Part shown: positions 38,223-47,648 of the stretch, piece after piece
Position numbering within the stretch: the stretch's first letter is position 1
How the letters are laid out: every line of letters starts with the position of its first letter
Source of the DNA: a virus
Taxonomy: Duplodnaviria; Caudoviricetes
Strand: one strand, 5' to 3'
Length of the DNA: 53,846 bases
Virus record (IMG/VR): IMGVR_UViG_3300005253_000102
Coordinates: 1-53,846 of that record
Program-made: the position numbers and the translations under genes
The notes under the pieces: model-generated
What the model was told of the DNA's origin: nothing
Databases searched by the model: none
The model's input: the letters and a program-made list of their open reading frames with translations, nothing else

Positions 38223-39002
38223 ATGCAGATTGTATATAAAGGTCAAAGTGAACGTATATGGACAGAGTTCAAGGATGAGAATGGCACACCTGTTCAGCCT
38301 TCCGGAAGCGTGTATGTAATGGTTCAATACCAGACAGGCACAGTTCAAGTTGATAATAAGTTAGCTACCTCTGCAGGAAATGGTAGGTTTTGGTATGAAA
38401 TTAGTCCTGATACTACTTGGGAGTACGGGTACTATGGTGCATGGTGGAAGTCTGATGCGTTAGGTCTTGAAGCTACTCAAGATATTCCAAATGTATTCAA
38501 AATTGAAGACCGTAGAGAATCTATTATTAAAGCACAAATGGCTGAAAGAGTAAGATCTCAATTATATATGCATGCAGATATGGGTGGCTTTGCAAATAAA
38601 TTTCCGAGAGATAGGGAGATCCTCGACTTTTTACAGGATAGTTTGAATTGGTGGAATGCATATCCACCTGCAATAACGTTTCACACATTTTTAGCTATTC
38701 CTCAACCATATTGGGCTATAGTTGAAAAAGGCGCGGTGATCACAGGACTTACTGCACTAGGAGTGTATGAAGCTGGAAAACACTTTATATACAATGATAA
38801 TGGTATATCATTAACTCGTGATCGTAGTGCGAAGTATGCAGGAATTTTTGGTCCGTTAATGCAAATGTATATAACAAATTTAAAATCGATGCGAGTGAAA
38901 TACGCATTGGATCATGTTAATGTCCGTGGAATGTTCAGTAGCACCACTGGATTTCCACGTTCACTATCTCGCGCTTTACGTGGCGTGAGTAAATTCTCTT
39001 AA
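38223..39002 (+). CDS. putative head-tail adaptor (neck) protein
   Basis: Ig-like N-terminus plus a helical domain with SLNWWNAYPP and YNDNGISLT; position after the capsid genes. Confidence 0.55.
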   Translation: MQIVYKGQSERIWTEFKDENGTPVQPSGSVYVMVQYQTGTVQVDNKLATSAGNGRFWYEISPDTTWEYGYYGAWWKSDALGLEATQDIPNVFKIEDRRESIIKAQMAERVRSQLYMHADMGGFANKFPRDREILDFLQDSLNWWNAYPPAITFHTFLAIPQPYWAIVEKGAVITGLTALGVYEAGKHFIYNDNGISLTRDRSAKYAGIFGPLMQMYITNLKSMRVKYALDHVNVRGMFSSTTGFPRSLSRALRGVSKFS

Positions 39003-39017
39003 TCTGGTGTGGAGTAA

Positions 39018-39986
39018 ATGTCTCCTATTGTTAACAGTGGAAATCCCTTAAGTGACGGTGAAGCCCTTTACCGTGAATGTGAGCTTGGGCTTGACGCCGA
39101 AGTTGTAGATTATATGAGGGAGTCGCACACTCTGCAAATTCGGGTAGGGGGTGAACCATTTTACATTTTTCAACGTGCAGAACAAGGAGAGTTTCGCAGT
39201 AAATCTATTACTTCATGGGAAACTACTGCATCTCAATACTCTGCATATATTTGGCAACCTACTGATGGTGAAGATACTCATCCGAATTCGCGTACACAGA
39301 AGAATACGTTTAAGATTTTCAATGATGCGGTCGAATTAACTCGTGTATTTGATAAAGATTCAATTGCATATGATACGGAATATGCGATAGAAGTAGAAAC
39401 TGGTATAGATGTTGATACTGTAGGTGCTGTCCTGATTTGGTTCAATGAAGAATTTATTCCAGGTAATGTATCGTATTCGTACAGGAATATTTGCTCGTGT
39501 GTAGATAGATCTACGGGGTATCCTAATAGGGAATGTCCTATTTGCAGAGGTACTAGTTATCCTGCTGCGTTTACACAATATCTTACTTCTGCAACTAAGT
39601 ATAATCCTGTGAATACTGTTCTTGTAAGAGTTCCAATGGCTGCAGAAGATGTACCAGTTGAACAAATAGGTAGGGTAACAAGACGGGATCTAATGCATTG
39701 GATTGCGTATAATGCTCCTTATGTAAACAACTACGATTTAATCATAGGTACTATGGGACGAAATACTGGGGTTGTGTGGGAAATAGTTAATAAGAGTGAT
39801 AGTCGTTGGCGAGGTATTTTGATGCATCAAGAATTCGGTACTGTGCGTATTGAAGACAGTGATATTAGATATCAATTGGCACCTGATGCGGTTAAGCCAG
39901 TATTTACAGAAACGGTTACGGTTACTTCTGACGCGGAAATTGTGTATGGAACAGCTTTTACTTCTGACGCGGAGATTACTGTGTAG
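39018..39986 (+). CDS. putative head closure (neck) protein
   Basis: CSC...ECPICRGT zinc motif and ILMHQEF near the C-terminus; positional context. Confidence 0.5.
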   Translation: MSPIVNSGNPLSDGEALYRECELGLDAEVVDYMRESHTLQIRVGGEPFYIFQRAEQGEFRSKSITSWETTASQYSAYIWQPTDGEDTHPNSRTQKNTFKIFNDAVELTRVFDKDSIAYDTEYAIEVETGIDVDTVGAVLIWFNEEFIPGNVSYSYRNICSCVDRSTGYPNRECPICRGTSYPAAFTQYLTSATKYNPVNTVLVRVPMAAEDVPVEQIGRVTRRDLMHWIAYNAPYVNNYDLIIGTMGRNTGVVWEIVNKSDSRWRGILMHQEFGTVRIEDSDIRYQLAPDAVKPVFTETVTVTSDAEIVYGTAFTSDAEITV

Positions 39987-39993
39987 GATAGAT

Positions 39994-40581
39994 ATGTTGA
40001 ATTTTAAGAAAGTATCTTTGAACTTTAAGACGTCTCAAATGGATATTGATCCTGAAGGTATTAATTTTTTGGATCTTGGATATGGGCGTACACGTTATGA
40101 AGAAGAAATGGGAGAGGCTCCACCTGAAGGACGCTTTTTTGTAGATATAGACGAAGATACAGGACCAGATGCTTTATGGAATCTTGATGAAGGTATTCCA
40201 TTGGCAGATAGTTCCATAGGGGGAACAATTAATTTAGGACATATTATGGCGTATTTACAAAATCCTGAATTTGTGGCTCAAGAAGTATTACGTGTTGCTA
40301 AACCGGGGACTAATGTAGAAATAGGCACATATATTTCGATTACGGATTTTATAGCGGATGCAAAAATTTGGGGATTAACTTCCGACGACATAAAATATAT
40401 TGAAGAGACGATTGCAGAAGGAAAGGCTAGGATGGGATGGGAAGCTGGCCCTGATGAATGGGCTAAAAATACATACGCTTTTATAGATGCTCTTAGTAAG
40501 GGTGCTCGTCTTATTGAAAGAGATTGGGATGGAGTATATGAAAATGGTGCACATGTTTTCTTTACTTTCCAAGTGGTGTAG
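39994..40581 (+). CDS. class I SAM-dependent methyltransferase-like protein
   Basis: FLDLGYG, FVDID, LDEGIPLADSSI, HIMAYL...EVLRVAKPG motifs. Confidence 0.65.
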   Translation: MLNFKKVSLNFKTSQMDIDPEGINFLDLGYGRTRYEEEMGEAPPEGRFFVDIDEDTGPDALWNLDEGIPLADSSIGGTINLGHIMAYLQNPEFVAQEVLRVAKPGTNVEIGTYISITDFIADAKIWGLTSDDIKYIEETIAEGKARMGWEAGPDEWAKNTYAFIDALSKGARLIERDWDGVYENGAHVFFTFQVV

Positions 40582-40584
40582 ATA

Positions 40585-41667
40585 ATGCGGTATCAGCAAC
40601 CTCGAAATATAAAGCAAAACTTTACGAATTTTGTCAACAAGATTTTTACTTTGAATGAAAATTGGCAGAATACCGATGTAGAGATTGTTGCATTGACTGG
40701 GGAGAATTCCCCAGAGGCGTTTGAGCAGTATCCGTGGAATGAAGAAAAATATCCGTTAGTTGTACTGTTCGCTGAAGGCACTACAGATGATCATTGGGCA
40801 ATTGATAGTAGAATTGGCCATTATTGGGACACATTGAAAATCGGTTCAAGACCTCGTGATACTATTGCACTTTCTACCACTTCTATGGTTGCATTTGGAG
40901 TTAAGACTGAAGACTATGACATGCCTCTACGTTCGGTTGATCTCGCTCTGCAATATGTTGGACCGTACGAAAATGATATAATAGTGCGCCTATGGAATAG
41001 TGGATCATCGGGTCCCGGCACAATTTTAGCTAGTGGTAGTATTTCTGGGAAAGAATTTAGTATTATGGAGTGGGCGTCCACTTCGTTGTTTCCCATCGTT
41101 ACGTTAGTAAAAGATACGAATTATTTTGTATCCGTCCATACAAGTGGATCATCAGGAAACTCGTACAATTTAATGTTAGACAATGATCCGGATGCTACAG
41201 TTACTCCATTCATTAGACTTTCTACAGGTACTTCAGGTAGTTGGTCGTCCGTATCAGATGAAACTGTTTTTGCCCGAGTAAATGGGCCAGTATACTATAG
41301 AGTTGGTGGAGGATTAGAGAGCACTATAAGAGTTTTCGTTGAATCTAAAGATTTAGCAACTACACAGAAAATTGCAGATTTGCTTTTTGTGTATTTTCAC
41401 TTGGCGAAACACTCGAACCCTCAACGTAAAGAGAAGATGGGCACAAGTGCTAATGAGACAGGAATGAACTACGACTTCGTAAGTGATTTAACGGACGAAG
41501 GGATCTATATTATAGACGTAGACAAGGGTCCAGAATCTGTCCGTGTACGTGGAAATGATAGATTATTTTCGGTTGATTTAAGCCTGTCTGTATATTCAAA
41601 TTGGGTAGAAGACTTTATTTTACCTGTACTTGAAGATATAAATACTGATGATATAACAGGTTACTAA
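40585..41667 (+). CDS. putative tail terminator/completion protein with an inserted beta domain
   Basis: EQYPW..KYPLVV N-terminus, IRVFVESKD..IADLL C-terminus; directly upstream of the sheath gene. Confidence 0.55.
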   Translation: MRYQQPRNIKQNFTNFVNKIFTLNENWQNTDVEIVALTGENSPEAFEQYPWNEEKYPLVVLFAEGTTDDHWAIDSRIGHYWDTLKIGSRPRDTIALSTTSMVAFGVKTEDYDMPLRSVDLALQYVGPYENDIIVRLWNSGSSGPGTILASGSISGKEFSIMEWASTSLFPIVTLVKDTNYFVSVHTSGSSGNSYNLMLDNDPDATVTPFIRLSTGTSGSWSSVSDETVFARVNGPVYYRVGGGLESTIRVFVESKDLATTQKIADLLFVYFHLAKHSNPQRKEKMGTSANETGMNYDFVSDLTDEGIYIIDVDKGPESVRVRGNDRLFSVDLSLSVYSNWVEDFILPVLEDINTDDITGY

Positions 41668-41714
41668 TGAAAATAAGTGGATTATATATAATAACATTAT
41701 GGAGGTCGTAAGAA

Positions 41715-43091
41715 ATGACTTACACACCACCTTCGGTTAGAGTTACTAGTATTGCGAACAATCGTATAATCAATATTGATGAGGATGCGCGTATTCCTTG
41801 TGTTGTTGGCGAAGGTCCGTCTACTAGAATTGTTACCGATACTGCAATTACGAGGGGCTCAGCGGGCCAGTTTGATGTCCTTCCAACTAGTGGTGCTGCC
41901 GTAGGGTATGCTTCACTGGTAACAGTCTCACCTTATCCGGGTGCGGCTGCAAGTTATTCAAGTTGGGCGGGGTATTACACTACTTCTGGATCAGCCTCAA
42001 TTTATTGGTATGGTACTGCGGGATCTACTGCACCTAGAGTAGGTGAAGTATATTATGTTTCGTATACATATGATGTACCTTCTAGTCAGTTTACTCCTCA
42101 ATTGTTTGTTGATTCAAACGATGTTAAAGCGTTTTATGGTGCAGAATCAACAGACACAGGTAAACTTACAATTGCTGCAAACATGACACTTGAAAATGGT
42201 GCACCAGCAGTTATGTGTCTTCAAGTTTCTGGAAGTGTCGCAGCTAGTGCTAATTGGAGTACTGCATTTGATAAGTTGAAAAAGAAATCTAATATTGCGT
42301 ACATAGTTCCGATTACTAGTGGATCGGCAATTCAGAATTTAGCGATTACGCATTGTGATATTGAATCCAACCCCGATATTGGCCATGAAAGAGAATGTAT
42401 TATTGGTGCAGATTCTACTGTGGTTACTGTAGACAATTTTGTTTCCAAGGCTAATGCATTGGATAATAAGAGAGTTGTTCTTGTTGCGCCAGATGCAGAC
42501 GTTACACGTACAGCTTCAGCAGGAACTGCCCTTGTTCTTGGTGGTGAATATATTGCAGCAGCATTGTCCGGACTTATTACAGGCCAGGATAAAATTATCA
42601 AGCCAGTTACAGGTAAACAGATTGTAGGATTTACAATTCCTGATGATCAGTATGAACCGTATGATATGAATCGTATGGCAAATGCTGGTGTATGCGTGAT
42701 TTTCGCAAAGTCTGGAGTTATTAAAGTACGCCATGCAATTACTACTGACACTTCAAATGCAGACAATAGAGAAATTTCTGTTGTTGCCGCAGATGATTTG
42801 GTACGTAGAATTACGCGTTCATCATTGACAGCAGCATACATTGGTAAAGGTATTGTGATCAGTGAAAGTACCCCTGCTGGAGTAGCCGCTACTGTTAAAG
42901 CAATTTGGAATTCACTCGTGCGCGATGGCTTGATTGATTCATATGGAACAAAAAATGATCCTACCACTGGTGAAGTTCCTATTACTGCGGCACAAGATCC
43001 TAATGAACCTACACGTATTAACGTGACAGGCTCAGTTAAGTTTTTGTATCCGTTAAACTATATCAATGTGGAATTTTACATTTACGTGTAA
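41715..43091 (+). CDS. tail sheath protein
   Basis: MTYTPPSVRV, YIAAALSGL, MANAGVCV, VRHAITT, REISVV, YPLNYINVEF. Confidence 0.88.
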   Translation: MTYTPPSVRVTSIANNRIINIDEDARIPCVVGEGPSTRIVTDTAITRGSAGQFDVLPTSGAAVGYASLVTVSPYPGAAASYSSWAGYYTTSGSASIYWYGTAGSTAPRVGEVYYVSYTYDVPSSQFTPQLFVDSNDVKAFYGAESTDTGKLTIAANMTLENGAPAVMCLQVSGSVAASANWSTAFDKLKKKSNIAYIVPITSGSAIQNLAITHCDIESNPDIGHERECIIGADSTVVTVDNFVSKANALDNKRVVLVAPDADVTRTASAGTALVLGGEYIAAALSGLITGQDKIIKPVTGKQIVGFTIPDDQYEPYDMNRMANAGVCVIFAKSGVIKVRHAITTDTSNADNREISVVAADDLVRRITRSSLTAAYIGKGIVISESTPAGVAATVKAIWNSLVRDGLIDSYGTKNDPTTGEVPITAAQDPNEPTRINVTGSVKFLYPLNYINVEFYIYV

Positions 43092-43113
43092 ATGAGAATA
43101 AGGAGATATATTA

Positions 43114-43593
43114 ATGGCTAGACTTCCACAAACTCGGGCAGAAGTATTCTATTCGTACGAAATCCAGATAAATAATATTCCGGTCGGTACGCTTAGAAAC
43201 TTTACCCCGCGTCAAACCCGTACACATGAACATGTACGTGAAGTTAGTACTAATGGTGGCGAGATCGTTGAAATTGTCCCGGGTGTGCCTACGTACCAGG
43301 TCACTTTGAATAAGGTGCGCTTGTATGAAGATACTCTGCTCGATTTCTTTGGGATTGTTTCTCAAGACATTCAGAAGCAAGTCCAATCTATCAACGTGAT
43401 TGAAACCGTTTGGAAACCTACTAATGTTCCTAACAGTCAGATAACAGGTCCTGCAGAAGCGGATACCGCTGGTACGCGTTTGAGAACGCTTACGTACGAG
43501 GATTGTTGGATTACTGAATGGGGAAAGACTATTTCGTCTGAGGGTCTTTTGATTGTTGAAGATATGACAGTCCAGTGTACTCGTGTAGTGTAA
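43114..43593 (+). CDS. tail tube protein
   Basis: 159 aa after the sheath gene; IVEIVPG, YEDCWIT, IVEDMTVQ. Confidence 0.8.
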   Translation: MARLPQTRAEVFYSYEIQINNIPVGTLRNFTPRQTRTHEHVREVSTNGGEIVEIVPGVPTYQVTLNKVRLYEDTLLDFFGIVSQDIQKQVQSINVIETVWKPTNVPNSQITGPAEADTAGTRLRTLTYEDCWITEWGKTISSEGLLIVEDMTVQCTRVV

Positions 43594-43638
43594 TTTGATT
43601 AAGAACGTTTATTTGTAAGAAAAAATAAGAGGAGACAT

Positions 43639-44181
43639 ATGTCTATTTTAGAACAGTTAGGTGTACAGACTCGAGGACTCATTGAAACTATGGTTCCATT
43701 TGAAACGTGGGAGGGTAGTGATGTTCAACAGTGGCAAGTAACAATGCAAATGTTGACTATGGGAGATCTCGTAGAAGTTGCAAAACTTACTGGAAATGTT
43801 TCCCCATTAGAGATGGCGTATTTGACAAAGGTTTATCTTTTGACAAAATGTATGAAGTCTATTAATGGTAGAGAGATTGTTACTGCAGAAGACTTAGAAG
43901 AATATAATAAAGAGCACAATCTTGCAGGTAATAGTACAATTTCATTATTTGAATATAAGATAATATTCATTAAAAAGTTGAGTGAGGCCGTTGTTAATCG
44001 TTTAGCGTTTTTGTACGATGAAATGTCAAATAGATATGTAGCATCGTTATTGGGGAAGAGTGTTATACCTGATGAATTAGATGCGACGAAATTTGATGCC
44101 GATTCAAATGTTGGAGGGAACCGAGATGCAGGAGAAGAGACGGTAAGTGATGAATCAGATAACCCTTCAACAGCTACGTAA
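43639..44181 (+). CDS. putative tail assembly chaperone
   Basis: Position between tube and tape measure; SINGREI, VVNRLAFLYDEM. Confidence 0.6.
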   Translation: MSILEQLGVQTRGLIETMVPFETWEGSDVQQWQVTMQMLTMGDLVEVAKLTGNVSPLEMAYLTKVYLLTKCMKSINGREIVTAEDLEEYNKEHNLAGNSTISLFEYKIIFIKKLSEAVVNRLAFLYDEMSNRYVASLLGKSVIPDELDATKFDADSNVGGNRDAGEETVSDESDNPSTAT

Positions 44182-44818
44182 TATTTTAATTGGTGGGAAG
44201 TTTCCATCTGAGACGGTAAAAGTAAAAGGAATTTCATTTGAGTTCACTTTTACTGATGACGATATTTCGCTTTGTAGTACTGTTATAGATTGCGTAGAAT
44301 TCCTTTCAAAGGTTGTCAAGTGTGCTGTATTCGATAGTATTGTACAGCTTACTGATCTTCCTAGCGTATATTTTTATCCCTTACAAACTGCATATTTTGA
44401 ATTTCAACGCACTACACTGTGTGCTTTGTTGGAAGCTGTTGTTGAGTTTGTTAAAAGTAATGAATCTCGGGGATTATGGCTTATATATAAGCACAGTGAC
44501 TCATCTCATGTATTATCAATTAACAACGGTAAATTGCACTTAATACAGCAACGGTGGGTTGCACTTAATGCAATGAATGATACAAAAGATAATATGACAA
44601 TGATCACAGATATTTTTGAAGCTGCTAAACCTTGGTTTGATAAAGAACTATATGCGAAGATTAAAGAGCATACTGATTCGATGCGGGAGAACGCTTTCTT
44701 TGATAGCGATTCATACGATGATCAACTCCGTGAAAAAGCTAGAAATGTAGTAGCACAACAAAAAATTGATACAGAAACTGAAGGTGATATCATTATAATA
44801 GAAGAGGAGAAAGGTTAA
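44147..44818 (+). CDS. putative tail assembly protein
   Basis: Overlaps the previous gene and precedes the tape measure gene. Confidence 0.5.
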   Translation: MMNQITLQQLRNILIGGKFPSETVKVKGISFEFTFTDDDISLCSTVIDCVEFLSKVVKCAVFDSIVQLTDLPSVYFYPLQTAYFEFQRTTLCALLEAVVEFVKSNESRGLWLIYKHSDSSHVLSINNGKLHLIQQRWVALNAMNDTKDNMTMITDIFEAAKPWFDKELYAKIKEHTDSMRENAFFDSDSYDDQLREKARNVVAQQKIDTETEGDIIIIEEEKG

Positions 44819-46659
44819 TGGCTGATCAACAAAATTCTGCTCCAGATAATCGTGAAGATATCATGAAAAGTGCCTCAAAATCTGGGCATGATGTTAAAAA
44901 GCTTCGACAGTATATAAAAGCTCTTAAGGGGTTACAAAAAGGGCTTAAAACAGAGAGTGATCAATATAAGGCTCTTGAAAAGGATGCGAAGCGATTAGAA
45001 ATTGCTGTGTCTCGACTAATTAAGTCGAAAACTCAACTTGCTAAAGTTGCGGACACTTTAACTTCTAAACTAGGAAGTAGTGGTGCAGGGGGTGGAATTA
45101 CACAGTTTGGTACTGCCGCAGTAAACGCATCAACATCTGTAAATAAATTAGATGGCTCTATGAATGTTCTTGGAAAATCAACTAATATGGCTGCAAGTAC
45201 ATTTGCGGGATGGGTATCTGCAGTGCAATTAGCAATTGCTGTAGTGGTAAAACTTGCAGATGAACTTGATAAAGCACAAATTAAGCAGGCTAATTTACAG
45301 CGAGCTTTTGGTGCGGGTAATATATCGATTCGTGAATCTTTTAATGCAATAGCTACTGGTTGGAAAATAGCAGGTGCTGCGGGAGCAGAAGCTGCACCGA
45401 AGTTAAATGCAGCGATTCGCGCAGCGAGAGGGCAGAGTGGAGGAGACTTAATGAAAGAAATGGGAGGAACACAAGGGGCTACATTTAAAAAATTATTGAA
45501 ATATGATGTAGCCGCTCCTGTTGATATGGCGGATAAAATTAAAACTCTTGCAGAAGTATTCAATATTCGTACTAGTGGGGGGATAAATGAACAAATTGAT
45601 TACCTATTAAACACGATAATTGAAAGTGGATTGCCTATGGAAAGATATACCGGATTAATTGTTGAATTGGCTACGCAATTTGCAGATGTTGGAGTTACTA
45701 TAACGGATAGTGCAAGAGCGTTTAAGCTATTCGAAGCGTCTGTAGATAGTGGTGCTATGACTATGGGTTTACAAATGAAAATGATTAATTTAGCTACGAC
45801 TCAGCAACTTACTGCAGGCGGATTTCAGGGGAGAGTGATAACTGCCGCATTTGCTCAGGATATGAGTGCCAACATGGATCCGCAGACTATTGCAGCGTTA
45901 GATAAAGCAGCAGGTGCCTTGTATGGAGGGAAAAAATTTACAGATATCAGCGCTTATGAGGCATCTAATGTTTTAGCGGATAGATCAGTAACTTCTGAAG
46001 GATTATATGTTAAAGCGATGGAAGGCTCTTATAAAAAACTTATGCAAATTGAAAAGGCATCTGGGTGGGGTGCAGCAGAACAAACCGCACAGGCAATAGG
46101 TATACCAAGTTGGAGAGAATTTAAAAAAATAGGGCCTGAATTAGCAGCGGGTGGTGCGATAACGGAAGAAAAATTACGAGAAATTATGATGACTGAGGGT
46201 GACAAAATGTTAGAAGCGTCTAAGGGAATGTTAACAGCTTCTGATGGTATGACAGATGCGATGGAACTTGCAGAAGACAATGCAAGGCTTAATCAACAAT
46301 GGTATTCTGAGTGGAGGGCATTTTGGGCACATACAACAGGCTTGATTGTGGAAGCTTTAGGAGGCGAGACTGTGGGTGATGTCATTGAAACAGGTTTTAT
46401 AGCTACTTATGGGCAGTTAATAGCTGGACCCGCCGCACTTCCTATGTCTTGGGCATTAAAGCAGACTGGTTTATGGAAGGAAGCTACAGAAAGTTCTGAA
46501 ATGGGAAAAACTCAAGCACATAAAACACCAGGCACGCCTTTAATCCCTGGTGAAGATGAATTAAATGTAGAAGTGATGGAGGGAAAAAGTGTGCAAATTA
46601 AAGTGCAGTTAGTAGACACTCCTACAGGTGAAAAAGTGGGTGGAACCCTTGGGAAATAA
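44818..46659 (+). CDS. tape measure protein
   Basis: 613-aa Ala/Gly-rich helical protein after the chaperones; its length implies a relatively short tail. Confidence 0.75.
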   Translation: MADQQNSAPDNREDIMKSASKSGHDVKKLRQYIKALKGLQKGLKTESDQYKALEKDAKRLEIAVSRLIKSKTQLAKVADTLTSKLGSSGAGGGITQFGTAAVNASTSVNKLDGSMNVLGKSTNMAASTFAGWVSAVQLAIAVVVKLADELDKAQIKQANLQRAFGAGNISIRESFNAIATGWKIAGAAGAEAAPKLNAAIRAARGQSGGDLMKEMGGTQGATFKKLLKYDVAAPVDMADKIKTLAEVFNIRTSGGINEQIDYLLNTIIESGLPMERYTGLIVELATQFADVGVTITDSARAFKLFEASVDSGAMTMGLQMKMINLATTQQLTAGGFQGRVITAAFAQDMSANMDPQTIAALDKAAGALYGGKKFTDISAYEASNVLADRSVTSEGLYVKAMEGSYKKLMQIEKASGWGAAEQTAQAIGIPSWREFKKIGPELAAGGAITEEKLREIMMTEGDKMLEASKGMLTASDGMTDAMELAEDNARLNQQWYSEWRAFWAHTTGLIVEALGGETVGDVIETGFIATYGQLIAGPAALPMSWALKQTGLWKEATESSEMGKTQAHKTPGTPLIPGEDELNVEVMEGKSVQIKVQLVDTPTGEKVGGTLGK

Positions 46660-46661
46660 AG

Positions 46662-47648
46662 ATGGCGAGTAAAAAAGAAAAACTAAAATTTTATAGGCTT
46701 CCGACTGTACCATCATACAGAACGGATGCGCCTGCTGTTAGTATTCGTGGATACAAAAATAAATATCCTGAGTTTGTAAAATACGATACACAACCATCCA
46801 CAGCTGTTGAAGCTAATCTTGTTAGTGGTTCATATCCTGGGGATGCTCCTGTGTATTTCTTTGGAGATAAAGTAGTACCATATAGTTCTTTAGAATTTGT
46901 AATTGATGGAATATTTGAGGCATACGATCGTTCAAGATATGATTTAGCTTCGTTGTCGTCAAAAATATACATTTTAGAAACTACTAGTGCGGGCACATTT
47001 GGGATTTCTTATGATAATTATCCTACAACTGATGCTGCGTTTAGAAAACCCTATGTAGAACCACTTAGTACTGCGTTTTTGGAATCTATATCATTTTATG
47101 TTAATCCTACGACGATTAGAATACGTAAGAAGAAATTTTTCCAAAAGTTACGTACGCGTGCAGGTTGGGTATTCCAACATTGGGGTCCTGATATAGGAGA
47201 AATTACACTAGAAGGTACCACGGGTAATATAACACCCGATCCTAAAATACAAGTAGGCAAGGTCTTTGGTCTCCCTATTTTACCTCAAGTAGTAGAAGAG
47301 GCACCAACTAAATCTAATTCTCCTGCATTAAAAGCGTTTAGGATATTGGAACAGTGGTATGATGAAGATCAAAATGATCAATCCCAAAGTGCTAGCGTAG
47401 GCCAATTAACTGCTCTTGAATTTCGTGGACGGATATATGTAGGACATTTTGCTGAATTTAATTTTGAAGAACGTGGTACTCATCCATTTCAGCTTTTTTA
47501 CCAATTAAAGTTCTTGATACACTATGATACAGGTGCTTTATCCGACGCTACTACACGGTCTGTAAATCAGATTATTCGGAATGACGAAACCCTTAGAAAA
47601 ATTTTGGAGCTGAAAAAAGCACAATCAGAAAGTGAAACATTAGAATGA
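46662..47648 (+). CDS. baseplate/tail tube initiator protein
   Basis: FYVNPTTI..KLRTRAGWVFQHWG..ITLEGTTG, IYVGHF..FNFEE..PFQLFY. Confidence 0.6.
   Translation: MASKKEKLKFYRLPTVPSYRTDAPAVSIRGYKNKYPEFVKYDTQPSTAVEANLVSGSYPGDAPVYFFGDKVVPYSSLEFVIDGIFEAYDRSRYDLASLSSKIYILETTSAGTFGISYDNYPTTDAAFRKPYVEPLSTAFLESISFYVNPTTIRIRKKKFFQKLRTRAGWVFQHWGPDIGEITLEGTTGNITPDPKIQVGKVFGLPILPQVVEEAPTKSNSPALKAFRILEQWYDEDQNDQSQSASVGQLTALEFRGRIYVGHFAEFNFEERGTHPFQLFYQLKFLIHYDTGALSDATTRSVNQIIRNDETLRKILELKKAQSESETLE

Noticed and set aside
43639-44818. Programmed -1 frameshift between the tail chaperone ORFs
   Set aside because: The second ORF is in the +1 frame relative to the first, has its own start codon, and I saw no XXXYYYZ slippery site in the overlap.
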